A program made the position numbers and the translations under genes. From positions 930,001-994,000 of the forward strand of contig LSRY02000027.1 in the NCBI GenBank assembly GCA_001643675.2: DNA of 64,000 nt, read 5' to 3'. Shown here piece by piece: positions 12,001-21,650 of the stretch (the stretch's first letter is position 1; the number at the start of each line of letters is the position of its first letter). This DNA is from Monocercomonoides exilis PA203. Taxonomy: Eukaryota; Protista; Preaxostyla. The notes under the pieces are model-generated. The model had not been told where the DNA came from, made no database searches, and worked only from the letters and a program-made list of their open reading frames with translations.

Positions 12001-12449
12001 AGATGGAAGAAGACAAGACAAGGAAATGGAAGCGTATTATTATTTCTCTTTCACGAATCAGACTTTGCGAGCATACGATTGATCTTACAAAGTGGAGAAG
12101 CTCTGATAGTGATGATGAGTTTGCTTATGTTTCCAGCTCTGTTTCGTTCATCCAGTTTGTCAATTACGAGAAAAAGATGTATGCAAAGCAGCAACGTTGC
12201 TCTTCATCATCATCTTCTTCTTCTTCTTCTTCTTCAATTAGTACAGTTGATTGTCCTCACAGATGCATTCAGCCAATTCTAGACGATTCACTAGCTGTAA
12301 AATTGATGTACATTGATGACTTCCAAGGCAGCGAAAAATCTATTGTGCTGAAGTTTAGCTGTCTCGAAGCACTGAACTCGTTTGTTGTGCTGATGCGTTC
12401 GATTGTTGAGGAAAAGTTTGTTTTGGGTCAGAAGCAAAATAGTGAATAA
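18..12449 (+). CDS. Giant (>4100 aa) Ser/Glu-rich low-complexity protein with helical hydrophobic blocks; possible GRAM/PH-like domains near the C-terminus; probably truncated at the 5' window edge
   Basis: Uninterrupted 12.4-kb ORF ending in TAA, followed by AT-rich intergenic DNA. The listed start is TTG and the frame is open to the window edge. Poly-Ser (TCT) and poly-Glu (GAA) tracts alternate with hydrophobic segments. Confidence 0.85.
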   Translation: MNNSLFSLSNPLCSSLAAHSNDTVFSLLHRFHRNGNPTEEEEEEEGIREERERMRKMMEWMREEKERREGEGEGREGEKGEKGEGKNTLSTSNSSPNTKISQFSQFSLNKLTILLYLRRAGKKRRKLLSLPLSGNGFCSSSSSSSLSLSPSSFPSSSSHASVCSKEQITHSPSFENGEAEMEAVNEEEWVKFVGVVQKFVGERGKREGREGREEEEKEKKEKEKKEKEKENGEREGGGNEVETRASTLDSIASLFSSLSPQTQISSLSSSSSSSSSSSSSLQHLPPGLRQRRLSRAMSLSASSVLRSSFSSAIQPPLSIVSASASASSSSYTVSSQYPSICDPKDEEELEIDQLQAKDKEERKKRHTKYDFLMKAMDEEDDEGDEVMFRGILPISVKFHFLPLLLATVRFASLDVKGNGGKKGEKGKDGVNVSDPSSSSSSSSSSSSSSSSSSSSSSSSSSSLQYSYSSQHLSILNVFSPSPSLVFASLPSFSVYLHSLFLSFSSAVLISRNEEGIKTQTSSQSSLSSASSSSSSSLTSSSSSSPSQKSIIAITQPMIDALCLINDFSSYLPFVCSFVSYPIRKTLQKLSNSAIDVKNEEVYCSSSSSSSSSSSLQPTSQSVSVFDSITASASSQQQQQKGNLSSPFALLLAALLTKAPMFVKDYVKTTQKDEKDEKEEKEGRIWNEQSEGSDSGDCYGENLSSLPSSSSSSLFDLKSKLLCSVHLFSLAANILSFSSHPSSASSSSSSSFYSSSSFSSSSSSSSSLYSSSPSSLPPLLSKVSSSLSFLCLSRSIFFPLFQLLHETTGGITEEEKERERERKEEKEREREEERKRRRRKRQKIEETKEKVKSNGNYVNGEEEEEEEKEEKADDEGEGEGEGEGEGEEEDDEDNEEELQLDEDGYQIIDSYEEKMKRKKQKRVEKEQKLKDKKEREEKEKKLTERDRQFPFVADDPFVTPVVSSALVLASSLVCFASSLVKKTSGIAKFSDSSSLSSSLQPEEEELKELLSVSCCGSNGLLGVVERIINTLPQMLNTLCCIENSSDSSSVSSSVSSSSSNSSDSSDSSSSLSLAQRRNILLLLSFSCSVLPLLLSLDDISASSAHRPFESFLFETDFARNLFAFGEMIILRGLNKQDRTRRNRQPIMIHSQSSLIPASNSLHPSPSTSSLALYPSSSVSSLPALISHGSASSSSSSSSSSSSSSFRFPDCQLWLSEPSLSSLSTTFYVFAFCSSLLRFSHHLLFMTLLQQNIHKSIIEKAAPFLFDLLIPAHIHSSNASSSSSSSSSSSSSSSSSSSSSSSSSSPPPPSPLPSPSSSESSSSPSSSSTSSSHPSSLSLTSCFYLFHLQRPVLALLTSFPTLSASKKNISSVLSCLKSAVNLLEMLSKQTSFEGERWNGELKKGKGEEKEERGKEGEREIKGNRKELSNISSPSLPPLPSLPPPSRSRLLFLSHRIDPIITQCISILTHHISKNPVFLFDSSSPLLLLTPKMRAGLVERFGEGKYGTGVILPSSSSSSKSSSSLASSPSPSVSPSVSPSSHSISSSSSSFSSSSSSHPPSPSSSFSPSTLPAPSFPVYVPSSSLSPFIQKPAEKELLFLQSVQLFEEAVPLVLKAMEINSRRKGVLFANKHRIYNPVELEKGKEGGEGRGEEGERGRGEGRNEGEKEKGEEKENVVDEKQMRSLWRKSKEQPLTLGVLLQMMKQEVMNSRNTEKTEKTEKFDKSNESNKTNKTNKLDSMSNIDFSNLSSFLNLFEFNTQLTSDSFIAHSNSSSSSSASLSSLSPSLALSPVPLFPLPIPQSLPLTASCFAFFAAIEEQNKKFEHHSAIVQKLMNLYLVKNQKIQQEQNKKTKEKEKEKEKEKEKEKEKTKGSGKGKEKDKDKDKEKNKFKADNISNKENDTQTQQEEENEGGNMEFDGHSIASSSSSSSSSSSMSSPRNNKYNSESQEIDELCTSCSAESIPISPSHQLNADGNENNGMVKSSSPFDYSSPSKQLSSPSSASTASFSSFSSSFPPQIENEEANIVSVFTILPASAIQSFPPLSLWSQVIKQVIPKHSHIAAQICLNHTMNGWLKAPQIKQTKIEKKMLTDPKPVGVFALTEKEDNTNDERLFPLEKSIVLKSPATLAATLVNLPLFCSFTFVVLRQFIRSIGSSAPSVLAPLLLSNGKMNYSLGRKNKSHKEGILNWRSGSTTDWIALVNYSESVAGDEEDSEAEDEKEEKETSNENGVGGDGNSNAANEQQRSSDDENESFAPNGPASPVSSKKGRTSSSSSSSSSKAQGSESSKQHNPNASPFSKSHIPAPLPTITTNLYSSSSSVPLLMKSSSSSSSSSSSISSSRKASMLQLPEGLVSLSGTGESNDYENDQSRRFAPLIASSLNITKSLSIQTPLPPPPLVEPFHEAEDESEEEAEKETEGQKESEAAIVSAEQGNVGAEKQVGGQSNGKKMCVDQHHQIVNTLQEKLKATFDFLSSSATHLCLLHILLAFYMQIDKLFDSSAETSAKKLIESVSHCSSSTIERLKNAMYNITADEASESFDVFTQENKHNISFAKFVRKIIEIAAKESASSAPAVENSSSFISKRFSLSTMAEDSAILCKCALCDSKTESTENILVPRLLSEFFSKYNSIITSASDKSRSLFQTQLSPKPFSFDSSVSISPFDETERILHCQVSMIWNAPVQQKKVLKRLLRKSAISTLLWEKVCGCIHRALMAEKTGIEKEKEKEKMENDAKKEAEKREMIEANNRNDKIESNSKQAEDSSAKEGVDWLPFVRSYPLQVLYLRSMTLLSMLLRITADEVKEMEEQQSNGCESMKDEEKKGKTSVEEGAKIGAMQSVECLRMLNVSQSLLTPLIMFIMQSMLVPAIDAQKKQENAKVAELLKSESGVNGNENSSSAVAASVDGNTSQGTEQPETSKTEKEIKEKDSKNTANFIMFDPFSQSAHPTEDISMHSIALPVPFASSLHPSALWMPPSSLAAFLSSHYDVYVNHPYPTFFGLPEATQNSFIEQIVDLTANSVEALVQMPIPTDLSDSDVVASSISSSASSSRSSANPAVNEKSIKRALLLHFFPFAFIQTLLLLFFRQYITLSVQSSSGIVIYRPVPQSASSEDSSSATSGQMNDDHRASSSSKAQNGNANSNSSCNSSIAASSSSSSSSDSLQDELEDYEQDFMKSAMTITKDEILESKRKDQAESRRRDIEWTKVRTTQDTLRIGEVSARSNVLQKIVVALANWVSVVPEMKECVVLSILFLNSISPISLNPSLLDLLVYSLDEGTYVQKLTEKEKKWRYDVKNAASIYVEVAPEPDRMATLMDSSSSKLDGNEANFKFSNETQSPNEAPAVLDESRNPLVAPASTSNVTLQSSFPSVVVHRTESVVLTDQGKQTFTEEKRLLMRTQSIAFEDEQLPKAEKEEPAKCILSSSRVLSFAFGSIVICDSTYFGVFVVTTTHLMFFAASSDPKSKQSDTNAQSSAAAPSKAAAATAEQTLIEVTETSFAVPDDWTEETVIPLLSSEKKSKDTKLPKGLLLPMQLMRLRKAEDATDRTFERLLCGNYSHFEQLSVEDLSYSISLAGVKTEREEGGNKGSSQTSGSGIEHAFPPYLKEQNLFAKCLLASQDSTDSLPPINGASVAAPSCYYTHLSSLLPQEKNSSKKLQTATVSRSKTMNESSALSTSADGEANVPPEPLSPLPQEYPRAQTFNGEALQSQHNLIEKVSHSASRSPDPSESSAADDSSSINKNPYLEAIDRLTFFFSIPIEALANVIITHPFYSMCQMVGLDVHRTFIEWSSEAKELVEEQEREKELEIQRFEILTGVKRVRKERGDLLFFSFSCPSTFRLQRVQQAIIELVSYNNHIKMENTTTSSKKLDDALKHTASTALSLDCSIDSSVRMWCLDREKEAESSSFTIPERLRMPLLPTVYPQTSKKSEKKSSSSRSLSIPLNLPSRFLLPLSERILYQAMCFICTNEDAIAQKERKRYLKLTRRTVEKKKGSISFREESGKDKTEKMEEDKTRKWKRIIISLSRIRLCEHTIDLTKWRSSDSDDEFAYVSSSVSFIQFVNYEKKMYAKQQRCSSSSSSSSSSSSISTVDCPHRCIQPILDDSLAVKLMYIDDFQGSEKSIVLKFSCLEALNSFVVLMRSIVEEKFVLGQKQNSE

Positions 12450-12791
12450 ATTGAAAAGGTTAAATAAATAAATTAATTAAAAAAAAAAGTTAATTTTGTA
12501 ATGTAAAATTTATGTTTATAATCTATCTTGCTGTATAGGATTCATTCCGTGTTGCTTATAGATTTCTGAAAATTGTGTTTTTATTGTTATTTCAAATCAA
12601 GAGACTATATTCTGTAAATTGTTTTGATTTCTTTTTCTTTTTCTTTTTCTTTTCTTTTCCTTTTTTTTTTACGAAATTTCAATTTTATAAGTTTACTTAT
12701 TTTTTTTAAATAAAAGTTGATGATTATCTATTTATAATAGATGAAATCTATAAAAATAAATATTTTCTTAAAGAGAGTTAGATTTGAAAAA

Positions 12792-12824
<33 letters not shown>

Positions 12825-13688
12825 GTTATTCCTGTTATATGTTTTGAAATTCGAAAGAATTTGTTGAAGTTTGTACATTGAAACAATTTTTATTTTGACT
12901 TTCTATTTAATTTAGTTTAAACCACATGCATTTTTAGTAATATTTGTGATAATTTCATTAAAGTTTATTGGAAAATATGTTTGACACTGTTTCATTGTTT
13001 TTGTTTTTTCTGCAAAGCTAAGTTTTCCGTTGGCCTGTGTTTCCGAAATTTTATAAAAATATTTTATCTATTTTTTGGAGCAAGAAAATTGGGAGGAATT
13101 AAATAATCGTGCAAATTAACAAATGTCAAGGGCATTAAAAAGAAAAATACGTTGGATACTAATTTTTCTCTGACTTATTTAATAAATAAACAATGAAAAA
13201 TCAATGAAATGAACATATACAAGATCATTAAATAGAAAGTTAAAAAAAAAAAAAAACTTGATAAATAGAATGTACGATAACTTATAGAACTAAAATACAT
13301 GTAAGATATGAAAATAAAATAAAGACAAGCAGGAAATGTTTTGACAAAGATTGCTTCGAAAGCATTCTTCGTCCACAAAAAACGAGAAAACTTGATATGA
13401 TTCCGATTATAAACGCGAAATGCGTGTGAATGTGTGTGAATGCATGTGGGTATGTGTGAGTGTGTGCATGAATGTGTCATGATGCAATGTTGTGAGGATG
13501 TTTAAATATTGTGCAAGATAGAATATTTGTAAATAATAACACAATAAACAAACAGAGAAACACTCTTTTGTCATCTTTACAGACAACGGTTCAAATCACA
13601 TATCTTTAATTAATAAATTAACTTATTAATTTTCTTTTCAAGTATTCTCCAGCAGAATCAAATTGAATTCTTCCTTGTCTCTTTGCTT

Positions 13689-16495
13689 TCAAACAATCTT
13701 CAGATGCCCCAACAAAATCGCTGCATTTGTAGCATACGGTGTGTCCTCATTCGAAGCCAGCTCTTTAATTCTGCTGGTATGCACCGTGGCTCTTGCCTCT
13801 TCTCTCGTCTCGCTTGTTCCTTTGTCCATCAGCTGCACAAGCACCCACAGCGCATTCTGATACATTCGCTCCGTCTCGCCTTCAATCAGCTCTCCGCAGC
13901 GCTTGTGCACTTTGTGCTTCAAGATGAGCTCGTGGTTTGCTGCAAGAAGCAGAAGGATGTTGGAAGCGAATGAAGAAAATTTTAAACAAATTTGGATTAA
14001 AAAATGAATAAAAATATTTTTAAAAAATAATTTGTTTATAGATAGAATTTCATTTTTTTCACTATATTGTATTTTCTTATAAACTACATATTTATCACAT
14101 AGTGATAGCACACCTGGATGTTTTGATAGATCGCACAGTGAATACAAACAACCAACTCGAGAATTTATCGACTGCTCTTCATCGACAATCAGATCTGACA
14201 TAAACGGAACAGTTGGCGCAAATTGTTCAGGAAGTGGGAGTGTGTTGTGCAGATATGAGAGTGTATGCACCAAATGAATCTTCGTCTCCTTGTTTCTTGT
14301 TGTCTGAAACGCATTGAACAATGTCTGCAGGCCATCAATATCGCTGATCACCTTCCAGTACGGGTGCTGATCAAACCCTCCCACAGAATTCTTCGCCGCA
14401 AGCACAAAGTTGTTCAGGCTGATGCTCACATACTTCAGCAGCGACTCGCTCCTGATCGACAGCAGCTTGATCAGCGCATGCAGACACCCCGCATCCACAA
14501 GCTGCTTCGTGATCTTCATCGACAGCGGCACCGTGAACCGCTGCAGCGCCAAAATGTGGTTCCCGCTCAGCTCCTCCAGCGGCAGGCCAATCATCTCCAC
14601 CAGCTCTCTGCCCAGCCCTGGTGTGAACACCTCCTCTGCATGCTGCCCATTGCCAAAGAGCGACGTGGCGATGATGCGGCAGATCTCGTCGCGGACAGAG
14701 CGGGGCACAGGCCGCAGCTGCAGAACACGCTCGAACAGGCGGAACAGCAGGACAGGCGTCATCGCAGCTCTTCTCTCTGCAGTTAGCTCTTTCTGACGAA
14801 GAATATCTGCGAATAGGGTGAGCTCACATCGTAACGCAGTGGGTGGTGGAAGGGACTGCTGGTTTGAAGAGACAGGGCGGTCTGAGGCAGAGGAAGAGGA
14901 AGAGGAAGAGGTAGATATGGATGCGAGTGTGGGCGTGAGTGTGGATGCGAGTGGAGAGAAAGAAGAGAATGTTGTGTTGCGATCAGAGCGGAATGGTGTG
15001 GCAGGAGAAGATGGAATGCCCAGTTGTGCAAAAGAAGCAGAAGAGGTGTTGTCGAAGCGCTGAGACGGCGTGGACTGCGGAGTTGATGAAAAAGGAGAAG
15101 GAGAAGTCGTTGGAGAAGGAGACGCAGATGGTGATGCAGATGGTAAAGGTTGAGCGGACGACGAATATTCCGGCAGAGAAGCACAATTATCAATACTTTG
15201 CGTTTGAGGTGTTGCAGGTTTCTGAACAGCAGCAGAAGTACCATTTGCAGAAGGTGCAGATGGCGTTAAATGAGAAGTGGTGGAAGACAAAAAAGAGGTT
15301 GTTGTCATAGTTGAATTAAGAGAAGAAGATGGTGACGATGATAATGAAGATGAATTTAAGCTTTTCTGAATGTATGGATGGATCAGAGTGATTATGTGCA
15401 TTGATAGTTCAGGTCCAATAACTGACAATATTTCGGTAGCTTCCTTCCATTTTTTGTTTTCGTCAATATAAAATTGCTCTCTTTTTTTCAACTTTGTTAT
15501 TTCCTGCTGAAGTTCAATGTTCTGCTCTTCCATTTCCTTAAACCTTTCTGATTCAGCAATTCTGCTTGATATTGCTTCGTTTTGAACAAGCTCTTTTGAT
15601 GTAATTCTTTGTTTTGAATCCTTTCATTTTGATTTCCATGGATTTTTTTCATATATATTCAAAATAATAACAAATATCAATAAAAAGACAGAGAAAATTT
15701 GTTTATCAGAGCAAACAGCATTAAGACATTGAATTATTATCCTTTTAAGCTGATAAGATAGTTCAGTTGGAAGTTGGTTCATCAGATCAGATTCAGATAG
15801 CTCACCTGTAATATCTGGCTTTTTATTCAGAAGCATTTCAAAGACAACTACTCCAAGAGAATAAATATCGCATTGTTCCGTATATCTTTTTTATTAAAAA
15901 GAAAATGCCATAATAAAATAGAATTGTGAAAATATGAAAAGGAAATCCAAAGCAAACATAGATCCATGAATTAATTCTGGTGCAAGATATTCTCTAAGAA
16001 AATCATAAAAAATTTTTTATTACGTAAAATGATCCAAACAATTTGCAATGAAAATCTGTCGTTTCATCATTATCCAGTGCACTTGAAGCTAAACACTCAT
16101 CTTTTAGCTTGAAATGGTTATGGCCCAAAGAAAGAATAGAATCAGGTGCGACATTTCGATAATATTTTTTTTGTTCATGGATTTTGAAAAGCGCATGCCC
16201 AATATCTGCTAATAAATTCCAAACAGCCTTTTTTATCAAAATTATTTATGAGATGTTTGTATTGCAATACAAGAAGAAAAACAAACAAATTCATTGAAAA
16301 CAATTCCACATTGAACATTCTTGTTTAATTTAAAGCTCAAAGTTGTATATTGCGAATCGAATTCTCTATCATCGATCATATGTTTCCAGTTTCAAAAGAT
16401 ATCCTTTGTTTTTTAAATAGCAATAGAAATTAAAAACTTTCTGAGTGTCCCTTTATATAATTTAAAAATATTTTGAACAAGTTTGGATGCAATTG
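13689..16495 (-). CDS. Multi-exon protein: degenerate Ser/Thr kinase-like domain + coiled coil + Ser/Pro-rich linker + armadillo-like repeats; 5' end uncertain
   Basis: Exon fragments give kinase subdomains: YYRNVAPDSI and FKLKDEC (16003-16239), EYLAPELIHG, YTEQCDIYSLGVVVFEM, and CLNA|DSKQRITSKEL across a GT-AG intron (~15621-15716). ORF 13689-15533 has ARM-like text (LVDAGCLHALIKLLS, GLQTLFNAF, ALWVLVQL). Intron at 13940-14113. Confidence 0.7.
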
Positions 16496-16529
16496 TTATC
16501 ATTTTGCTAATTGGTACTTGTATTCAAAG

Positions 16530-16535
<6 letters not shown>

Positions 16536-16598
<63 letters not shown>
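16536..16598. repeat. Poly-A tract (63 nt)
   Basis: Direct reading of the sequence. Confidence 0.95.
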
Positions 16599-16601
<3 letters not shown>

Positions 16602-17044
16602 GGAATCAAGCTAAAAATTGTTAGTTTTTGAATTCAAATTCGGAGCTTTTCACAAAAAATACAAATTGATTAAAATATTGTAATATTATGAAAAAGTACT
16701 GAATGAAAATTCGAACCATATGAGAAAAAAGAAACATTCAAAGAAGAGGTGAATGGCATAAACAATTTTCTAATAATCTTTGTTTCTTCATTTCACACAT
16801 GTTTGAATGATTTAATTGTGATTGCCTGTTGACTTTTGGAGGATTAAAGAAATTTTATCACTCAGAACATGATTTAGCTCATCTTTTCCTTTTTTTTTTT
16901 TATTTTCTGTTGCTTCATTGCATTTCGAAGCAATGAAAAATAGTCTTTTTAGAAAAAAAACTCTGTTGTTTTCGATTTTGTGAAAAATAATAATTATTAT
17001 TATTATAAGAACTTTGAGACACGAAACAAATTTTCAATTATTCC

Positions 17045-18486
17045 TCAAATACCCACAAAAAAATCGGAAATATATTCCGCAACTCTTTTAAAAAAACTAG
17101 TGTTTATGAAATGAAAAGGAATTATTTCATGAAAGCTTGCGATGGAATCTTCGTATCCCTCTTCTTCCAACTTTTCGAACAATTTAATTTTGTTTTTCTT
17201 TCTTTTTGCTTCATCTATTCCATCTTCCTTCTCTTCTTTCATTCGCAATGGAATCGCAACAAAAAATGATAAGCTTTCATGTATCATCCTGTCATCCGTT
17301 GTTGGTTGCTGAATCTCCTCTAAGGCAACATTAGTAGCTCCTCCTTTCACCAAGTAATCAGTCTTCACAGATTCGCATATTGCTGCTTTTCTCAAGAAAA
17401 TAATGCATCTCTCACAAATATTTCTGTAATTATCCTTTGCTGCTCGATAAACCTCAACAATGCTGCCAATAAGCCCAATAAATTCTTCATTCCACATGTT
17501 GCAGTAACATAAGAAATTGAACAATGCTTGCAGCCATCTGTTTATAATTTTTTCTTCTTTCGTTTCTTTTCCTTTTTTCTCTTCTTTCCTCTTCCAATCC
17601 AGACATTTCGACAATTCTTCCAGTTCTCTTGCTGCCTCTCTCGCTAAATGCAGCTCATTCGCAATGTCCATTTCTAATCTTCTGAGCAAAAACTGCCAAG
17701 CAGACTGATAGGCAAGTTGAGTCAGATTTCGATGCTCCTGATGGTATTGAATGATCTCTTTGATCTCATTCAAATACAATTCTTTTTCAATTTTCTAATA
17801 AAAACAGAAGCCATTGTCATAAAAATATATTAATTTTAAAAAAGAAGGTCAAACATAATATCCATCAATGTGACTCAATGCCAAAAGTGCCATTTCCACT
17901 TCTTTTTGAGCTTCCTCGTTTTCCTCCTTATTCAAAGCAACTTTTATCAGGCAACGCACGCAAAATGAAAGTAAGCTCGGAGGGAAATTATAACTGAGAA
18001 AAATATAGCATTCACAAAGATCAGTCAATTGCTTTTCGTTCTTTTCTTCTTTTTTCTCATCTTCTTCAGCAATCATCTCTTCGAATCTTTTGCGCAATAA
18101 AGATCTTTCAAAGCTCCTACCCCACATGTTCATCAGAGACTTGGAATATCCAATGCTCTTCAACACTAAAAGGGAATATTTCAAAGATATTATCTTTTCT
18201 TCAATCATTTGATTTATTCTATTGAACAGTTCTTTTGTGAAAACATATCTGAATTCTTCTTTATTCATATCTTCAATCAATGCAATCATTTCAAGGATTT
18301 TCTGCTTCTGATCTTCCTCATTGCAAAATTCAAGCTCAGATAACAATTCTTCTATCATTTGATAAAACACAAAAAATTATCCAAAAAAAAAAAAAAATAA
18401 AATAAAATACGCAAACTCAATGTTTGATTTTTTGGTGGCAACTCTCGCAATTTTTTAACTATATTCAATATATCAATCATTTCCAT
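17045..18486 (-). CDS. Lineage-specific helical-repeat hypothetical protein (large oxymonad-type family), 3 exons
   Basis: ORFs 17849-18370 and 17045-17779 join through a GT-AG intron at ~17795-17854 (GYY|KIEKELYLNEIKEIIQYHQEHRNLTQLAYQSAWQFL). Probable first exon from ATG 18486. Family recognised from memory only. Confidence 0.7.
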
Positions 18487-18649
18487 TTTGAACAATATTT
18501 TTTTCCACTCAAATTGCAAATGAAGTAACCTTCCGCAGAATTGAAGCTGAAAAAAACAGCTACCGCAAAAAATAAATTTGAAACCATAAAATTGCGTTTT
18601 GAAGAATGCAGAGTTGCCACACCTATCGATGTTTTTCTTTTGACTGACT

Positions 18650-21600
18650 CTCATTTTGGCATATCTGATCAGACAGATAAAAGTGAGTTTTCCTTCATAT
18701 GAAAGAGAAATTATGCTTATTATCGTGTTCTATTCAATGTTCATTTCAAACAATAGGAAAATAATTGAAATGATGATTTCTTCTTTTTGTTGGAGATTAC
18801 TGGAAATATTTGAAAAATTATTTAATGAAGCAAGTGTTTCACTTGTTTTGGGAAAAAACACTTCAAAAGCTCGTTGTTGCAATCAAACTTCCAAAACAAC
18901 TCATCGATGAAAATCGTCAAAACAAATGCAGATGGAAGAAACACGAACTCTTTCAAAAAAGAAATGAATGAAAAGAAAAAGAGGAGCTGGATCTCCTTTT
19001 TCCATTTCAGCATTCGAAGAGACAGAAAGAAGCGAATGGCCAGATAAAGTTTTGCTTTTTCCAATAAAGACGTATTTGCCAATTTTGAGAAGAAGATGAA
19101 AGTGCCACTTTACACAACCAGAAAGAAAATGTTCAAAAACAGAAAATGTGAATTACAAAAAATCTTCAATGAGAAAATTCAAAACTCAGAAAACATTTTT
19201 CAAACTCAATCAACTTCAACAAAAACACAGCGGAAACAGTGTGGAAAATATGTAAAGCAGTTACCACTTTAACTGATTCGTCGTGTAAATGGTTTGTGAA
19301 CTTTGCCAAACGCAGGTTGTGAGGCAATCCAACGAAGCTTTCCCAATCAAAAACAAAGAGAACATCAAAGATATTCCAATATGAATTGGCAGATCCTCCA
19401 AATAGAATTCTTTATGATGTCGTTCAAAGCAGAAGAATGGATAAAGATTTGCCTCTCAGATGAATATGAATGGAGCAGAAATCAATCGATGATTGAAAGC
19501 ATAAGCAGAAGATGCAGAAGATGTAATATTCAAATGATTTGGCTGCCGCAACGTTTTGAGAATTTCTATGAATTCAAATGAATAGCTGAACCAACGATAA
19601 CATTCCCATCCTTCTTCTTCTCCCTATTCTCTTTCCTCTGCACCACTTGCTTCTCCATAAACTCCATGACTCTTTTCTCCTTCCTCATTCATTTCGTGCT
19701 GAAAATAACAGAAAAGTGATATTCTATCATCAGAAAATGAGATTTCCACATCCTTTCCTTCTGCCATAAACCCTTCTTGAGCATTGAAATGTGGCCATGT
19801 CACAAGACTTCAAGACCATTCACAGAATGCTTTAACCAAACCAACTGCTCATCTCGTGCTCTTCATTCTTCCCCATCGAGAGAGATTTTTGGATTCTTGG
19901 AATTTCACAACAAAGTGCCATTAAGTGCTTCACATAACATGTCGAATTGTCACGAAATGATATCCTTTCATCGAACTTTTCTCTTTCGATGCTTTCTTCA
20001 TGAGCGAAAGGAACAGAGAAACATGAACATCGAGTTGGTGGTGGAGAACGTTCTTTTCCAGTCTGAGCTGCAGATGCTGTGAATGCACTTCAATTGTTCT
20101 TCTATCTGTTTGATCTGTTGATGACATCCTCTCCACTTTGGTGTATGCACATTGCCATTATCCCTTTCGCCAGACGGATAAAGTCTCGCCGACTCCTTCT
20201 CAGAACAATACATTGGCAGCCGAAGCAGCAAGTGCAATGAAGCAAAGTGAAATGGAAGAGAACGATGAAAAAGAAGAAAAGATAGAAATTGTGCTTAATA
20301 TGAACATATTGAGTGACAATGACGAAGCAATTGAAGAAAGTTGGATTTTTTTTTGAATATGAAGAAGATGAGGAATGTTGATTGTCTTTGCAGTGAAATG
20401 TCATCAAAGGTGGCGTAACTGAAGAACGAGATATCAACAACTGAATCTGGCGAATAACACGATGGTTTGGAAGTTATTTGAAACGGATCGAATGAAACAG
20501 TCCGATTATTTCAGAGGCAGATGACGAAAAGGCTGAAAATGCAAATCCTTCACTCGCAGTTATCAATGGCTGGAATCGGTCCTCTGCTTCAAATAGCCCA
20601 CAAGAGATCGAGATTTATGTCACATTAACAAATAAAGCAGGCTTGCCATCAAAAGATGAAGAAGAAGAAGATGATGATGATGATAGTGAAAGCACAGAAG
20701 AATAATTCAATTCAATATTGCCTTATGATTGCAAAAAAGCCGAAACAATAAAGACAAAGCGGCATGTTTTCTGTCAACCATTTTTGCAAATGGAGCAAAT
20801 GCATGAGACGGAAAATAGTTGAAGTCCACATTGTTTGTTTTGTAATTTTCGAAGAACAAGGGCATGGACTGAATCAGGAGCTGCTTATCTTCCTCGTCAT
20901 AATTCAAATTATACAATGGAAAACAACAATGCTTCGCTTTCAAAAAAATATTCCACAAAAAAACAGGTGAATTTTTTCCAAAAGCAGAAATGGTTGTCTC
21001 ATTTCGTTTATGCGGTCGATATCGTGTTTTATTGGTCTGGAATGAATCTATCATCATTGGCAGAAATTGTCTCTCTTGTCTTGTCCAAAAATAGCCAAAA
21101 TTGCTCCCCGATCTTTTTTTCCAAATTTCCGAGCAAATTTATTCCAATTTTATTTTCCATAGAATTCCATCCTTTTCATCATCTAAATGTTTAACTATTG
21201 AATTTGATTTCATCACTCGTTCCAAACAAAAACAATGAAAAGAATTGCCCTGGAATAAATTCCTTTATTTGCTAATTGATATGTAATAATCAGCTTCATT
21301 CCGATTGTAATGTTCTTGAAAGAGGAGATTGGCCATTTTTTCAATAAGCAGAATTCCTGGACTTTGGAAAGGTTACAGACGGAAATATCTTCACAATCAA
21401 TTGAACAATATAAATTACATACGCTGCGTCTTTTTGTGTTATTGATGAAATTGTTGCATTCCCCTTGGCCATCTAATCTCCAAAATCATCAAATAGAATT
21501 CCAAAATCAACGCATCTCCATCATTGCCTTCCGCAGCCACTCATAATAATATATTTTGTTCTGCAGAAAATATCTGCTCACCGTTCTCTCATTTATGCAA

Positions 21601-21650
21601 GGAATATTAATGTTTATTCAAATCTGATGATCTGAATATCCATTAAAGCA
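18650..21650 (-). pseudogene. Probable decayed protein-coding region
   Basis: GC content is coding-like. Protein-like fragments (18822-19082, 19930-20237, 20707-21057) switch frame without clear AT-rich introns between them. Confidence 0.35.

Noticed and set aside
13421-13480. Degenerate TGTGTGAA repeats; also TTTATTTTA repeats at ~43570-43650
   Set aside because: Ordinary low-complexity 3' flanking sequence
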